Origin: Methanothrix sp. | Lineage (GTDB): Archaea; Halobacteriota; Methanosarcinia; Methanotrichales; Methanotrichaceae | Assembly (NCBI GenBank): GCA_963682135.1 | Contig: OY821645.1 | Location: forward strand, 1,088,001 to 1,152,000 | Direction of reading: 5' to 3' | Length of the DNA stretch: 64,000 bases | Notes under the pieces: generated by a model | Databases searched by the model: none | Seen by the model: the letters and a program-made list of their open reading frames with translations, nothing else | What the model was told of the DNA's origin: nothing | Made by a program: the position numbers and the translations under genes | Part shown: positions 18,549-28,955 of the stretch, in pieces | Position numbering within the stretch: position 1 is the first letter of the stretch | How the letters are laid out: each line of letters begins with the position of its first letter

Positions 18549-19883
18549 TTGGGTATGTGTAAATTGAAAACGATGATATCAGATAAACAGCTGCATGCCA
18601 TTGTTTTTTTGTTGCTGGTGACTTTTATATTCGCTGCAGCGGCACAAGATCAGCAGTCTCCTTTGAATGACAAGGAGAAGAAGCTTGCTGATGGGATCAA
18701 CCAATATCGTACACAGAACGGTCTTTCGGCGGTTCCGATCACGAACTCGCTCACTAAAGTCGCCAGAACACACATTGCTGACCTCAATACATATCATCCC
18801 GACACAAAGAACTATGGAAACGGCGACTGCAATACCCATAGCTGGTCTAATAAAGGTGATTGGACCGCGGTATGTTATGCCGGTTCTGCCCAACAATTGC
18901 AGATGCATAACAAGCCTGGTGAGATTACCGAGAGTTATGATAGTAATGGTTACGAAATAGCATCTTGGAGTAGTGGCGAGGCAACTGCGCAAGGCGCTAT
19001 TGACGGGTGGAAGAGCAGCAGCGATCATAGCGATGTCATCCTCGAACGCAACATATGGGCGAATTCAGCCTGGAAGGCTATGGGTGTTGGCATCGAGGGC
19101 AACTACGCGGTTGTCTGGTTTGGCATGATCGCAGATCCTGCTGGGAGGGTTCCAACTTCCAACACATTCACCAGCGAAGACTATCCGGATATTAGAGGTC
19201 CGGCTTGCACAGAATCGTACTGTACCGATGTCAATCTATTGCATGGATGCGATCAAAATATTGAAACCATAGAACCACAAGGATGCTTCCTTGGCTTATT
19301 TGGTCCACCCAACGAGCAATTCAGAGTTGGTAACGGGCCTAATGCATTTGCCGATGTTTATTATGCAGAATTCAATGTGGCCATTGTTGGTGGGACCGGC
19401 CAGGCACAGGCAGCACGAGATGCACCCAGGTTAGTGATTCTAATTGATAAGACATTGAGCAACGGCCTTGATTTAACACAAGATAGCGAGCTGCAAATAA
19501 ATGATAAGCCGGCAATAAAGCTAAAAGACTACAGTAGCAAGACAACCGATGAAGGCAAAGACAAATTCCTATACAAATTGCCGGTATCGTACCTGAAAAC
19601 GGGCGAGAATACTCTAAAGATCAAGCCTAAAGGAGATGAATTCGCCATATACAAAATATGGATAGAGAATGCAAAAGGAGAACGGATTTGGCGAGAGAAG
19701 AATGATCCATGCTCATATCAGAGCGTATGCAGATTTGATGTCAAGTACAATCCGGACCAACTTGCATGTGATTTTACAGCAGCTGTGCAGGTATGCAAAG
19801 AGAAAAAAGGGTCCGGCAAACCATGTGATAAGAACTTCGAATGTGTGTCGGGAGGGTGTTCTGCAAGCCACACCTGCACCTAG
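18549..19883 (+). CDS. Secreted CAP/SCP-domain protein with Cys-rich C-terminal region
   Basis: Signal peptide; INQYR..NGL...L.KVA..H, WKSS..H..VIL, AMGVGI; C-terminal Cys cluster. Confidence 0.75.
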   Translation: MGMCKLKTMISDKQLHAIVFLLLVTFIFAAAAQDQQSPLNDKEKKLADGINQYRTQNGLSAVPITNSLTKVARTHIADLNTYHPDTKNYGNGDCNTHSWSNKGDWTAVCYAGSAQQLQMHNKPGEITESYDSNGYEIASWSSGEATAQGAIDGWKSSSDHSDVILERNIWANSAWKAMGVGIEGNYAVVWFGMIADPAGRVPTSNTFTSEDYPDIRGPACTESYCTDVNLLHGCDQNIETIEPQGCFLGLFGPPNEQFRVGNGPNAFADVYYAEFNVAIVGGTGQAQAARDAPRLVILIDKTLSNGLDLTQDSELQINDKPAIKLKDYSSKTTDEGKDKFLYKLPVSYLKTGENTLKIKPKGDEFAIYKIWIENAKGERIWREKNDPCSYQSVCRFDVKYNPDQLACDFTAAVQVCKEKKGSGKPCDKNFECVSGGCSASHTCT

Positions 19884-19952
19884 GCACACATCACTTTTTT
19901 TAGTTTTTACTCTTTTATTCTTGTCTTGCTCAGCAATCCCCGGATTCCAATT

Positions 19953-20702
19953 TCAGGCTAGCGAGACACCACGGAGATACAAGAAAAAAATGATCACCGG
20001 CTGGTGGGCCAGGTAGACGGCCAGCGAGTTTCGTCCCAGGAATGCGAGCGAGCGAACAAAGGGCGACCCGGCAAAATCCGGCACCGCAATTCTGCGCCGG
20101 TAGCCGGGATAGAGCCGGTCGCCCAGGCCCATCCCCACCAGAATCACCCCGAACCAGGGAAAGACGGGAAAGTAGTCCACCGAATAGAAACCCGTCGGGG
20201 CCAGCCCCAGCCAGAGCAGCCAGGGAAAGCCGACGGTGATGTTTTGCAGATATAGTCCAAATAATATAAATAATAGGCCGAAAATGAAGTTCGCTTTTTG
20301 CAGCCGGAGAAAGGGATAAGCCAGCAGCAGCGAGAGGCCGATGAGGTGCAGCACTCCGAAGACGATGAAGCCTTTGCCGATGAAGAGATAGGTTACGACG
20401 CTTATGCCCAGGGCCAGGCTCAGTATCCAGGCGCTCCGCTTCAGGAGGCGAGAGAAATATGCTTCTTCCAGGCCCAGCAGCCGGGCGCGGGAGTGGCTCA
20501 GGGTGAGGGAGAGCCCCACCAGGAGGAGGAAGAGCGAGGCAGCGGCGCGGGCCACCATAAGCCAGAAACCGGATGATGCATCAATATCGTAGACGGCGAA
20601 ATAGTTGAGATCAAAGACCAGGTGGTAGAGGACCATCAGAACGATGGCACAGCCACGCAGGAAGTCCACCTCCCAGAAACGGGACGTCCGGCTCTCGACC
20701 AT
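19953..20702 (-). CDS. DUF1624 / heparan-alpha-glucosaminide N-acetyltransferase-like membrane protein
   Basis: EVDFLRG.AI.LM..YH, FGVLHLIG, DYFP.FPW, LGRNSL..YL.HQP. Confidence 0.85.
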   Translation of the reverse strand: MVESRTSRFWEVDFLRGCAIVLMVLYHLVFDLNYFAVYDIDASSGFWLMVARAAASLFLLLVGLSLTLSHSRARLLGLEEAYFSRLLKRSAWILSLALGISVVTYLFIGKGFIVFGVLHLIGLSLLLAYPFLRLQKANFIFGLLFILFGLYLQNITVGFPWLLWLGLAPTGFYSVDYFPVFPWFGVILVGMGLGDRLYPGYRRRIAVPDFAGSPFVRSLAFLGRNSLAVYLAHQPVIIFFLYLRGVSLA

Positions 20703-20821
20703 TTTAGGAGATTTTAATTGGTTCTTTCGGCACAATTCCTTGATTGACTCCAATCATCTTCAGAGGCCATCAATAATTTGCTTTGAATAAATTAGAATAT
20801 TTGTGTCCAGTAGATATTTTT

Positions 20822-21043
20822 TCATACTCTCATCCATTCTTCCCTCAAAGCAGCGCTCTCTTTTTTGACATCCACCTTCAAGTCCTTGTACATTCCCCTA
20901 TATTTCGACGGATCCCAATTGGTTTTCTCCTCTTGGTCCCGGCTGACCAGATAGCTTATTTTGTTCCATAGATTGATTGGAATAATTACCCCTGTCTTCC
21001 TGCCATCTTCATCATAAACATATTGCACTTCCATTTCAATCAC
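20822..21043 (-). CDS. Small hypothetical antitoxin-like protein
   Basis: QYVYDEDGRKTGVIIPI...LREEW, typical of small TA-associated proteins; no toxin downstream. Confidence 0.55.
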   Translation of the reverse strand: MIEMEVQYVYDEDGRKTGVIIPINLWNKISYLVSRDQEEKTNWDPSKYRGMYKDLKVDVKKESAALREEWMRV

Positions 21044-21107
21044 AACCGGGCGGTATTTTTAAATATACTTAATATAACTAATCATATATTAAACAGTTGC
21101 GTTTCCA

Positions 21108-21264
21108 TTATTTTGCCGCTTCCTCCACAATCCCGATCTCTTCTTCCGTCAGGTCGTAAAGCTCGTACACCAGCATGTCGATCTGCCGGTCGGTGGCCTC
21201 GATCCGGCGGACGAGCAGCGTCCTGTCGTGATCGGTGCCTGATGATGCCTGCTTGTGAAGATCG
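21108..21264 (-). pseudogene. 3' tail fragment of a type IIG (Eco57I/TaqI-like) restriction-modification gene, copy 1
   Basis: RRIEATDRQIDMLVYELYDLTEEEIGIVEE. Confidence 0.8.
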
Positions 21265-21525
21265 TCATATGTTGTATGCGTAATCGTGATGATCAAAGTT
21301 AACGAACCAGACTTCTGCGATAATAATCTTATAAATGATAACCCAATTTCCGACATGGGCGCTTCGATAACCAGCAAGGTTTTGCGTAAGTGTTTCTCCA
21401 ATATCAGGATTTTGCAGGATATCTCTAATCTTTTTAAGAGTTCTTTCTTTCAAAACGGCATTCTTTTTGGTCAGGCGCTTAAAATTTTTGTCGAAAAGAG
21501 GTGACGATTGCGGCGAATAATTCAT
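21265..21525 (-). CDS. RelE/StbE family toxin
   Basis: FDKNFKRL...NPDIGE.L..NLAGYRSAHVGNWVIIY...DHHDYAY. Confidence 0.85.
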   Translation of the reverse strand: MNYSPQSSPLFDKNFKRLTKKNAVLKERTLKKIRDILQNPDIGETLTQNLAGYRSAHVGNWVIIYKIIIAEVWFVNFDHHDYAYNI

Positions 21526-21531
21526 GCAAAT

Positions 21532-21696
21532 CTACAAGTTTGAAAGGTGCTCTATGAATTCGTCCGCATTTTTAAAGCGCTTTCCAAGACCCGCCCGAAG
21601 CTCTGCATCTCCTTTTAAGGTATTGGCTACGATGCGCTCATCATCTTCGATAGACCTGTATTTCGTTTCTGGCTTCTTGATAGTCTTTGCCATCAT
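21532..21696 (-). CDS. 54-aa cognate antitoxin (not in ORF track)
   Basis: Hand translation MMAKTIKKPETKYRSIEDDERIVANTLKGDAELRAGLGKRFKNADEFIEHLSNL, 6 nt upstream of RelE. Confidence 0.7.
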   Translation of the reverse strand: MMAKTIKKPETKYRSIEDDERIVANTLKGDAELRAGLGKRFKNADEFIEHLSNL

Positions 21697-21761
21697 TTAG
21701 GATCGCCAAATATGTACTTCGACTCTCCGCTTTAAAGACTTTCGCCGGACATTTACCTGCT

Positions 21762-21996
21762 CGCTTCCTACACAATCCCTATCTCTTCATCTGTCAGGTC
21801 GTAAAGCTCGTACTACCTGCCTGTCGATCTGCCGGTCGGTGGCCTCGATCCGGCGGGCGAGGAGCGTCTTGTCGTGATCGGTGCCGGTGGAGGCAAGCTT
21901 GTGAAGATCGAGCATGGTCTGCACCAGCTCCACCAGGCGGTCGTGGCGGGCGACGTCTGCAGGGTCGGAGAAGTCGATGGTGCGGATCGGGAGTGG
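21762..21996 (-). pseudogene. 3' tail fragment of type IIG RM gene, copy 2 (frameshifted)
   Basis: PLPIRTIDFSDPADVARHDRLVELV..MLDLHK...RRIEATDRQID; direct repeat of 21117-21264 with a 1-nt insertion. Confidence 0.8.
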
Positions 21997-22184
21997 TGAC
22001 ACGTATTGATGCATCTCACGCGGTGCAGACACGGCAACATATCCCTCATTCAGCGCTCCATGGATAGAAGATACGAAAAAGGTTTTGCTGGCTGATAAAA
22101 TTCATTCGTGTAAATAAAAACGTTTAATTGTAATAGTAGAAAGAGGAACAAAATTTGATACAAAAAAGCTAAAAACTAATAAAA

Positions 22185-22232
22185 TAGAAAAGCTGATAGA
22201 AAAGCTGTTCAGCTTTTCTATCAGTTTTTCTA
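22185..22232. terminator. Long palindrome downstream of csp
   Basis: CTGATAGAAAAGCTG-TT-CAGCTTTTCTATCAG perfect 15-bp arms, extendable to about 23 bp. Confidence 0.55.
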
Positions 22233-22253
22233 CTATGCTATCACTGCGAGTAT

Positions 22254-22448
22254 TTACTGCTTCTCTACTTTGTCAGCCTTGGGGCCTTTCTCGCCCTCAA
22301 TGACTTCGAAGCTTACCTTGTCACCCTCATCGATAGTGACACCGGGCTTCAAGCCAGTTACGTGTACAAAATAGTCCTTACCATCGTCGCCTGCTATGAA
22401 TCCAAAGCTCTTGACTCTGTTGAAAAACTTAACTGTTCCATTTACCAT
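22254..22448 (-). CDS. csp: Cold shock protein
   Basis: GTVKFFN..K.FGFI, DYFVH.T RNP motifs. Confidence 0.93.
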   Translation of the reverse strand: MVNGTVKFFNRVKSFGFIAGDDGKDYFVHVTGLKPGVTIDEGDKVSFEVIEGEKGPKADKVEKQ

Positions 22449-22647
22449 TTTTGATTCCTCTGATTGGGTTAGCATGGGTACCATGAGCTACCTGTACTTA
22501 TAGTTTCTGGCTGATCAACAAAACCAGGCCATTGGACGCCCAGGAACAATCGTATGCTGTCGTATTTTGGGGAAACTCTTTTATAGAAGATCAAATACTG
22601 TGAACCTGAGAATTCGCAAATAAGCAATTACTGGAGGATTATCAAAA

Positions 22648-24330
22648 ATGGCAGGAATGGGCGGATCGCCAATTATCATTTTAAAGGACACCCGCAGAGA
22701 GTCGGGCAAAGATGCTATCTCGAATAACATCATGGCTGCCCGCGCCGTGGCCAATGCGGTGAGGAGCACCCTGGGCCCCAAAGGCATGGATAAATTACTG
22801 GTGGACTCCATTGGAGACGTGACCATCACCAACGATGGCGTGACTATCCTAAAAGAGATGGACGTACAGCATCCTGCGGCTAAAATGCTTATCGAGGCCG
22901 CCAAGACCCAGGATAAAGAGGTAGGCGACGGCACCACCACCGTGGCTGTCCTGGCTGGCGAGCTGCTCAAGAAAGCCGAGATGCTCATAGACCAGAAGGT
23001 TCACCCCACCATGATTGTGCAGGGGTACAGAATGGCTGCCAAAAAGGCGGTGCAGATTGTCAAATCCATCTCCATTGATGCCTCGGAAAAAGATCGCGCT
23101 CTCCTGGAGAAAATCGCCGAGACCGCCATGACCGGAAAGCTGGCTGAGTCTGCGGACAGCAAGATGGCCAGTTATGCCGTTGACCTGGTCCTCAATGCCA
23201 TTGAAGACTATGGCGGCAAGAAGAGCTTTGATATGGACCGGGTCAATGTGGAGAAGAAGGTTGGCGAGAGCACCCTGGATTCTCAGATTATTGAAGGCAT
23301 AGTAATCGATAAGGAGATCGTCCACCAAAATATGCCCCGCAAGATTGTGAATGCCAAGATTGCCCTTCTCTCTACAGCCATCGAATCCAAGGAAACCGAG
23401 ACCAAAACCGAGCTGCAGATAACATCCTCCACTCAGTTCCAGCAATTCATGGACCATGAGAAAATGAGGATAAAAGAGGCAGCAGATAAAGTGATCTCCA
23501 GCGGTGCTACAGTGGTCTTCTGCCAAAAAGGCATCGATGATCTGGCCCAGCATCACCTGGCCAATGCCGGAATTCTGGCTATGCGTCGCGTCATCAAAAA
23601 GGACATGGACAAGCTGGCAAAAGCCACAGGCGCTAACATTGTAACGGGCCTGGATGAGCTGAAGCCCAGCGATCTGGGCACAGCCGCCCTGGTAGAGGAG
23701 AAGCGCCTGGGGAGCGGCATCATGACCTTTGTCACCGGCACCAAGAACACTTCTGCCACCCTTCTGCTACGCGGGGGCACTCAGCAGGTTCTAAACGGCC
23801 TGGAAAGAGCCTTGGATGATGCTCTTCACGCCGTGGCCGATGTGGTGGAGGATGGCAAAATGGTGGCGGGCGGGGGAGCCCCTGAGATTGAACTTGCCAT
23901 GCTCCTGCGGGAGTATGCATCTACTTTGAAGGGCCGCGAGCAACTGGCTGTCACCAAGTTCGCCGAAGCCATGGAGATCGTGCCCAAGACTCTGGCAGAA
24001 AATGCCGGCTTTGATGCCATCGACAAGACTATCGAACTGAAGAACCGGCATGGCATGAACAAGAACATGGGCCTAAACGCCTATACCGGCGAGATCCAGG
24101 ACATGCTGGGAATGGGTGTGGTCGAGCCGCTGCGCGTTAAGATTCAGGCACTATTATCTGCTACTGATGCCGCCTGCCTCATCCTGCGCATCGATGATGT
24201 TCTCGCTTCAACCAAGACGCCCCCACCGCGCGGCGCAGGCGGAATGCCGCCGGGTATGGGTGGCATGGGTGGTATGGGAATGCCGCCAGGCATGGGCGGA
24301 ATGGGCGGCATGCCGCCTGGGATGTTTTAG
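22648..24330 (+). CDS. ths: Thermosome (group II chaperonin) subunit with GGM-rich tail
   Basis: [28 protein letters not shown]. Confidence 0.95.
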   Translation: MAGMGGSPIIILKDTRRESGKDAISNNIMAARAVANAVRSTLGPKGMDKLLVDSIGDVTITNDGVTILKEMDVQHPAAKMLIEAAKTQDKEVGDGTTTVAVLAGELLKKAEMLIDQKVHPTMIVQGYRMAAKKAVQIVKSISIDASEKDRALLEKIAETAMTGKLAESADSKMASYAVDLVLNAIEDYGGKKSFDMDRVNVEKKVGESTLDSQIIEGIVIDKEIVHQNMPRKIVNAKIALLSTAIESKETETKTELQITSSTQFQQFMDHEKMRIKEAADKVISSGATVVFCQKGIDDLAQHHLANAGILAMRRVIKKDMDKLAKATGANIVTGLDELKPSDLGTAALVEEKRLGSGIMTFVTGTKNTSATLLLRGGTQQVLNGLERALDDALHAVADVVEDGKMVAGGGAPEIELAMLLREYASTLKGREQLAVTKFAEAMEIVPKTLAENAGFDAIDKTIELKNRHGMNKNMGLNAYTGEIQDMLGMGVVEPLRVKIQALLSATDAACLILRIDDVLASTKTPPPRGAGGMPPGMGGMGGMGMPPGMGGMGGMPPGMF

Positions 24331-24517
24331 ACGATAAATATCCCATTTTTTTAATTAATCTATTTTTAGCCCATAAAAATAGGGGCGTTTTTTTGGCCAT
24401 AGCCAATGCAATTTATCATTTTTATATGAAAATAAGAAATATATACAAAAATATAGTGTGTGTATATTGATTACATTATCTTTATATAACTTGCATGAGA
24501 GACATTTCAGAAGGTCG

Positions 24518-25354
24518 ATGGAAATGGAGGGCTACTTGATATGGCTGATCTTTCTAGCGTTGGCGATATCCTCAGTAAGCATCATCCAGCTCCAGGAAGG
24601 CAGAATCCGGAGACTGCAAGAAGATTACGGGCAGATGCAAAAAAACCTTCTCCTCTGGCAGGACAAACTGAGGAAAAAAGAAGGCAGCATTGATCAGTTG
24701 CAGCGCAGTTTAGCCCAATTGCTCAAATGGAAAGAGCAGGCTCTGGAACTTGAAGCGGAGCTAAAAAGAGTCAAGCATACGCAAGATTATGCCAGCGCAG
24801 AGCGGCTGCAGTTCTTGGAGGATTCCATCGCAAAATCTCAAAAAATTCCCGACATTTTCCTGGTCACCTCACCTTTCCAGGGACGGCACACATTCGAGGA
24901 CAGACTTTGCCGCATGCTGGAAGATGCCAAATTCGAGATAGTAATCGTGTCGCCCTGGATAAAAAGACAGACCTGGAACAGAATAAAAGGACCGCTGCGA
25001 AAATTCACCAGAAGAGGAGGAAAGCTGAGCGTATTCATGCGGGGAAGCGAGTCGGACTACTCTCTGGGACTGAGTGACAATTTAAAGGGGGAGATCTCAG
25101 ACCTGGGAGGTGAGACTATTCTGGTAGACTTGCTTCATGCCAAGATTTACATGGTTGACAGAAAAGAGGCCATAATTACCTCTGCCAACCTCACCAAAGG
25201 CGGCACAGAGAGCAACTATGAAGGCGGAATCTGGGTGAACGACCCCATTGTTTTGAGAGATATATGCGAGTTCATGGACGACATCCGCCGCATAGGGGCA
25301 GCCGCCAATACGCGTACTTATCCTCCGCTAAGCGACCGCAGGGGAACGATGTAG
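24518..25354 (+). CDS. Membrane-anchored coiled-coil protein with single-HKD phospholipase D/nuclease domain
   Basis: N-terminal TM, Q/E/K-rich coil, IVSPWI, LHAKIYMVD...ITSANLT...NYEGG. Confidence 0.75.
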   Translation: MEMEGYLIWLIFLALAISSVSIIQLQEGRIRRLQEDYGQMQKNLLLWQDKLRKKEGSIDQLQRSLAQLLKWKEQALELEAELKRVKHTQDYASAERLQFLEDSIAKSQKIPDIFLVTSPFQGRHTFEDRLCRMLEDAKFEIVIVSPWIKRQTWNRIKGPLRKFTRRGGKLSVFMRGSESDYSLGLSDNLKGEISDLGGETILVDLLHAKIYMVDRKEAIITSANLTKGGTESNYEGGIWVNDPIVLRDICEFMDDIRRIGAAANTRTYPPLSDRRGTM

Positions 25355-26094
25355 GGCCTGCCCAGAGCATTCATGACCATAGCCTCGATGCCATAAACTC
25401 GGCTGATATTGGCCTCGCTGAGAAGGGCTTTCGGTTCGCCTGCAGCATAGACCTTTCCTTCCTTTAGCATGACAAGTTTGTCGGAGAAACGGGAGGCTAA
25501 ATTGAGATCGTGAATAGCCATGACTGCGGATATGCTCTTCTCTTTGACCAGGCTACTTACCGTCTCCATTACTTCCAGTTGATGGAGCATATCCAGATTA
25601 GAGGTCGGCTCATCCAACAAGAGCACAGCCGGCTCCTGGGCCAGGGCACGGGCAATGAGCACCTTTTGCTTTTGGCCGCCGGAAAGCTGAGAAAAGTCGC
25701 GCATAGCCAGATCTTCCAGGTGCAACCTCTCCAAGACCTCGGCCACCTTATTCAGGTCAAAGTCAGTTACCCTCCAGCTGATGTGTGGCCTTCTGCCCAT
25801 AAGGACCGTATCAAAAACCGTAGTGGCCAGGGGTGTGGAGCTGGACTGAGGTACATATCCTATCTGTCTGGCCACCTCCTGGCGGCTCATTCTCTCCAGT
25901 TCCCGGCCATCAAGGAGAATGCTGCCCATAGGTTTGAGGATGCGATCGATGCACTTGATGAGCGTCGTCTTTCCCGAGCCGTTCGGTCCAACCAAGCTCA
26001 AAATCTCAGAGTTCTCGATAACGACATTGAGATCATCGAGGATCTTGTGACTATTGTAGCTGAATGTGAGGTCCTTGATTGTGATATTTACCAA
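25318..26094 (-). CDS. ABC transporter ATP-binding subunit (Fe-siderophore/cobalamin type)
   Basis: [27 protein letters not shown]. Confidence 0.9.
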   Translation of the reverse strand: MVNITIKDLTFSYNSHKILDDLNVVIENSEILSLVGPNGSGKTTLIKCIDRILKPMGSILLDGRELERMSRQEVARQIGYVPQSSSTPLATTVFDTVLMGRRPHISWRVTDFDLNKVAEVLERLHLEDLAMRDFSQLSGGQKQKVLIARALAQEPAVLLLDEPTSNLDMLHQLEVMETVSSLVKEKSISAVMAIHDLNLASRFSDKLVMLKEGKVYAAGEPKALLSEANISRVYGIEAMVMNALGRPYIVPLRSLSGG

Positions 26095-26948
26095 TTTACT
26101 TACCTCCGGAAGGTATCATGTCTTGTGCTAAACCGTCTGCCGTGCAAATAATACATAAAGTAATAAGTCTTAATTGAGACATAATATCTAGTACGAAACT
26201 ACCAGGAAGCATATGAAGTACATGCTTAATAAATGCATCTATTGTAACACCTTCCTTTGAATATGAAGATCAGAGATTACTTGATATGATAGCGATAATC
26301 TACATTTTCATCACCTTAAACCCAACCTATGTTGGCGACAAATGGTCGATCTTGGAAGAAGTGGAACAAATACATACATCTACCTCCTGCGTAATACTGT
26401 TGATTAGCGACAAAGCTCACGAATAAATTTTAAGAGATTATGATGAAAAATAATAATATATCAAAAAAAGTGCATTGTCGTCCTTTATATATCATTCATA
26501 CTAATAGCAAAAGATTTATTACTATGTACGAGGATGTCGTGGATGTGGGCGAGTCGTGCAAAGGCCTCCTTTACCATATTGCTCTTGCAGCGCTCACTTG
26601 CCAAAAAGGGATGAATGATGTGCCCTGGCCATCTGCCATTGGCCGCCCAGAGGTAGTGCGGCTTACGGTCGGGGCGCTCCTCTTCTGTTACAGCTCATAA
26701 TTTCAACTCCAGACCAGGAATAAATTCACGGAATTCGTGCTTAGCCTCTTTAACCCAGGTTTTGTACTCCCTGCCGCCTCTCTTTCTCGTGGTTTTCTCT
26801 TCTTCGATTAAGCAGGAAAGAAACTCAATTTCAAGCTCAGCATTTCACGATACTTCATTTTTTATATTCTCGCGAATGAGGTTGTGTATTTGTATCTAAT
26901 TCAACCTGGTATGATCTTATATCGGAGGAGTTGTATTGTCAAAGAACA

Positions 26949-28304
26949 ATGAGCGAATTAGGGACCCATCTCGGACCAGGACACAACATCCCTGCTATTC
27001 TCATCGCGGGAACCCACAGCGGCGTGGGCAAGACCACAGTTACTCTGGGCCTCATGGCCGCACTTCGTGCCCGCGGCCTGAAGGTGCAGCCCTTCAAGGT
27101 AGGCCCTGACTTCATCGATCCCTCTCATCATACCGCCATATGCGGTCGTACCTCGCGCAATCTCGATCCCTTCATGATGGGCGAGGAGGGAGTACGCCGC
27201 TCTTTTTGCTCGGCCCTTGCAGGCGCTGATGTGGCTGTGGTGGAAGGAGTTATGGGCCTTTACGATGGCATGGACGGAACAGAGATCGGCAGCTCTGCCC
27301 AGGTGGCCAAAATACTCGACCTTCCGGTTCTGTTAGTCATAAATGTGCACGGCATGTCGCGCAGTGCTGCTGCCCTGGAGAAGGGCTTTGCAGAATATGA
27401 CAGGGGTGTGCGCCTGGCTGGCACAATTCTCAATCAGGTGGGAAGTGAGCGGCACCTGGCTATGCTGAAGAGTTGCCTGGAGAGCCCAGTTTTTGCCGCT
27501 CTGCCGCGAGAGAGAGAGATGGAGATGAAAAGCCGCCACCTGGGGCTGGTGATGGGCTTTGAGAAAGAGCACGATGTCGCCTCCCTGGCAGCCTTGCTGG
27601 AAAAGCATGCCGCCATCGATGAGATACTGTCGCTTCGCGTTTTGGCCTGTTCGGCTGAGAAGGAGAAGGCCAATGTGGAGAAATCCGTGCGCATAGGCAT
27701 TGCCCAGGATGAAGCCTTCTGCTTTTATTACTACGATAATCTGCGCGAGCTGGAAAGGCGTGGCGCAGATCTGGTCTTTTTCAGCCCGTTAGATGATGAT
27801 CTGCCTGATGTGGACGGCCTCTACATTGGAGGAGGCTATCCGGAGCTGCATGCCGCCCGGCTGGAGAAGGCTCCCGCCAGAAGGCAGATTAAGAAAGCAT
27901 CCGAAGATGGAATGCCCATTTATGGAGAGTGCGGCGGCCTGATGTACCTGGGGCGCGCCATAGAAATGGAGACGGGCTCATTTAGGATGGTGGGGGCACT
28001 GCCCGGTTCTACTATCATGACAAAACGGCTTGCGGCTCTGGGGTATGTTCAGGCAGAGATAGTAGGAGAAAATCCTATTGCTGCGCTGGGCAAGATCCTT
28101 CGCGGACACGAGTTTCATTACTCGCGCTACAGTTGCGACCGGGACGCTCGCTTTGCTTACCGGCTATGCAGAGGCAAAGGCATCCAGGACGGCTGGGACG
28201 GCCTGGTGGAGCACAACACAGTAGGCGGGTACCTGCATGCACATTTCTATTCATTTTCTGTGGAACGGTTCATCGAGTGCTGCAAGAATTACAAAAAAAA
28301 ATAG
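26949..28304 (+). CDS. cbiA: Cobyrinate a,c-diamide synthase family (CbiA/CobB; CfbB not excluded)
   Basis: SGVGKTT, FKVGPDFIDP, EGVMGLYDG, GGGYPEL, ECGG, GHEFHYS. Confidence 0.88.
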   Translation: MSELGTHLGPGHNIPAILIAGTHSGVGKTTVTLGLMAALRARGLKVQPFKVGPDFIDPSHHTAICGRTSRNLDPFMMGEEGVRRSFCSALAGADVAVVEGVMGLYDGMDGTEIGSSAQVAKILDLPVLLVINVHGMSRSAAALEKGFAEYDRGVRLAGTILNQVGSERHLAMLKSCLESPVFAALPREREMEMKSRHLGLVMGFEKEHDVASLAALLEKHAAIDEILSLRVLACSAEKEKANVEKSVRIGIAQDEAFCFYYYDNLRELERRGADLVFFSPLDDDLPDVDGLYIGGGYPELHAARLEKAPARRQIKKASEDGMPIYGECGGLMYLGRAIEMETGSFRMVGALPGSTIMTKRLAALGYVQAEIVGENPIAALGKILRGHEFHYSRYSCDRDARFAYRLCRGKGIQDGWDGLVEHNTVGGYLHAHFYSFSVERFIECCKNYKKK

Positions 28305-28612
28305 CTAGGGAATGACAAAGCTTATTTAAGTCGATAAATCCTAAACACAGGGGGTCCTAAATAAAAATTTCGTAGATTAAATAATATTTAAGATCATCCT
28401 TTCGATAATATTCGTTTTCTGAGAAAAGTTATTTCTTCTTTCGAGAATAATTTAACGTTATCTTAGATGCAAAACACAGGGTCCAATCGTTTTCTATTTA
28501 GTGTAATATCTTGATCATTTGTGCATTATGGAATATATAGATCATTTCCAGAGAAAAGTTTAAATGCAGGTCCATGTTCATTTAGGACCATAACGCAAAT
28601 GGAGTGTAAACT

Positions 28613-28825
28613 ATGAGCAAAATTAATAGTGGACTTGTGCTCTTCTCTCTCCTGATGGTTCTCTCTCTGGGAGTCGCCATTGGTGAGGAAGTTGTCGCTG
28701 CTGAGAATGCAAGTGAAAATGTAACTGAGAACGCAACTGAGAACGTTACCATCAACGCAACCGAGAACGTTACCATCAACGCCACAGAGAACGCTTCCGT
28801 TGAGACAACCGAAGCTAAGGCTTAG
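28613..28825 (+). CDS. 70-aa secreted peptide with tandem N-X-S/T repeats
   Basis: Signal peptide then ENAS-ENVT-ENAT-ENVT-INAT-ENVT-INAT-ENAS; GGAG upstream. Confidence 0.7.
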   Translation: MSKINSGLVLFSLLMVLSLGVAIGEEVVAAENASENVTENATENVTINATENVTINATENASVETTEAKA

Positions 28826-28955
28826 GTAGGCTTGATTGTCATTCCGTCCTGTTGGGCGGAAAGCTGGGCAGGTTCTTCCTGCCGATAATTTTTCTTATAA
28901 CTAGGGATTTTTTAGAAAGGCTTATATTTTTCTTAGAAAAAGCATTGTTTGAGGT

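Noticed and set aside
21108-21401. 97-aa ORF as a real gene
   Set aside because: Chimeric frame: overlaps RelE and runs into the RM tail fragment
24230-24330. GGM low-complexity repeat
   Set aside because: Known chaperonin C-terminal tail
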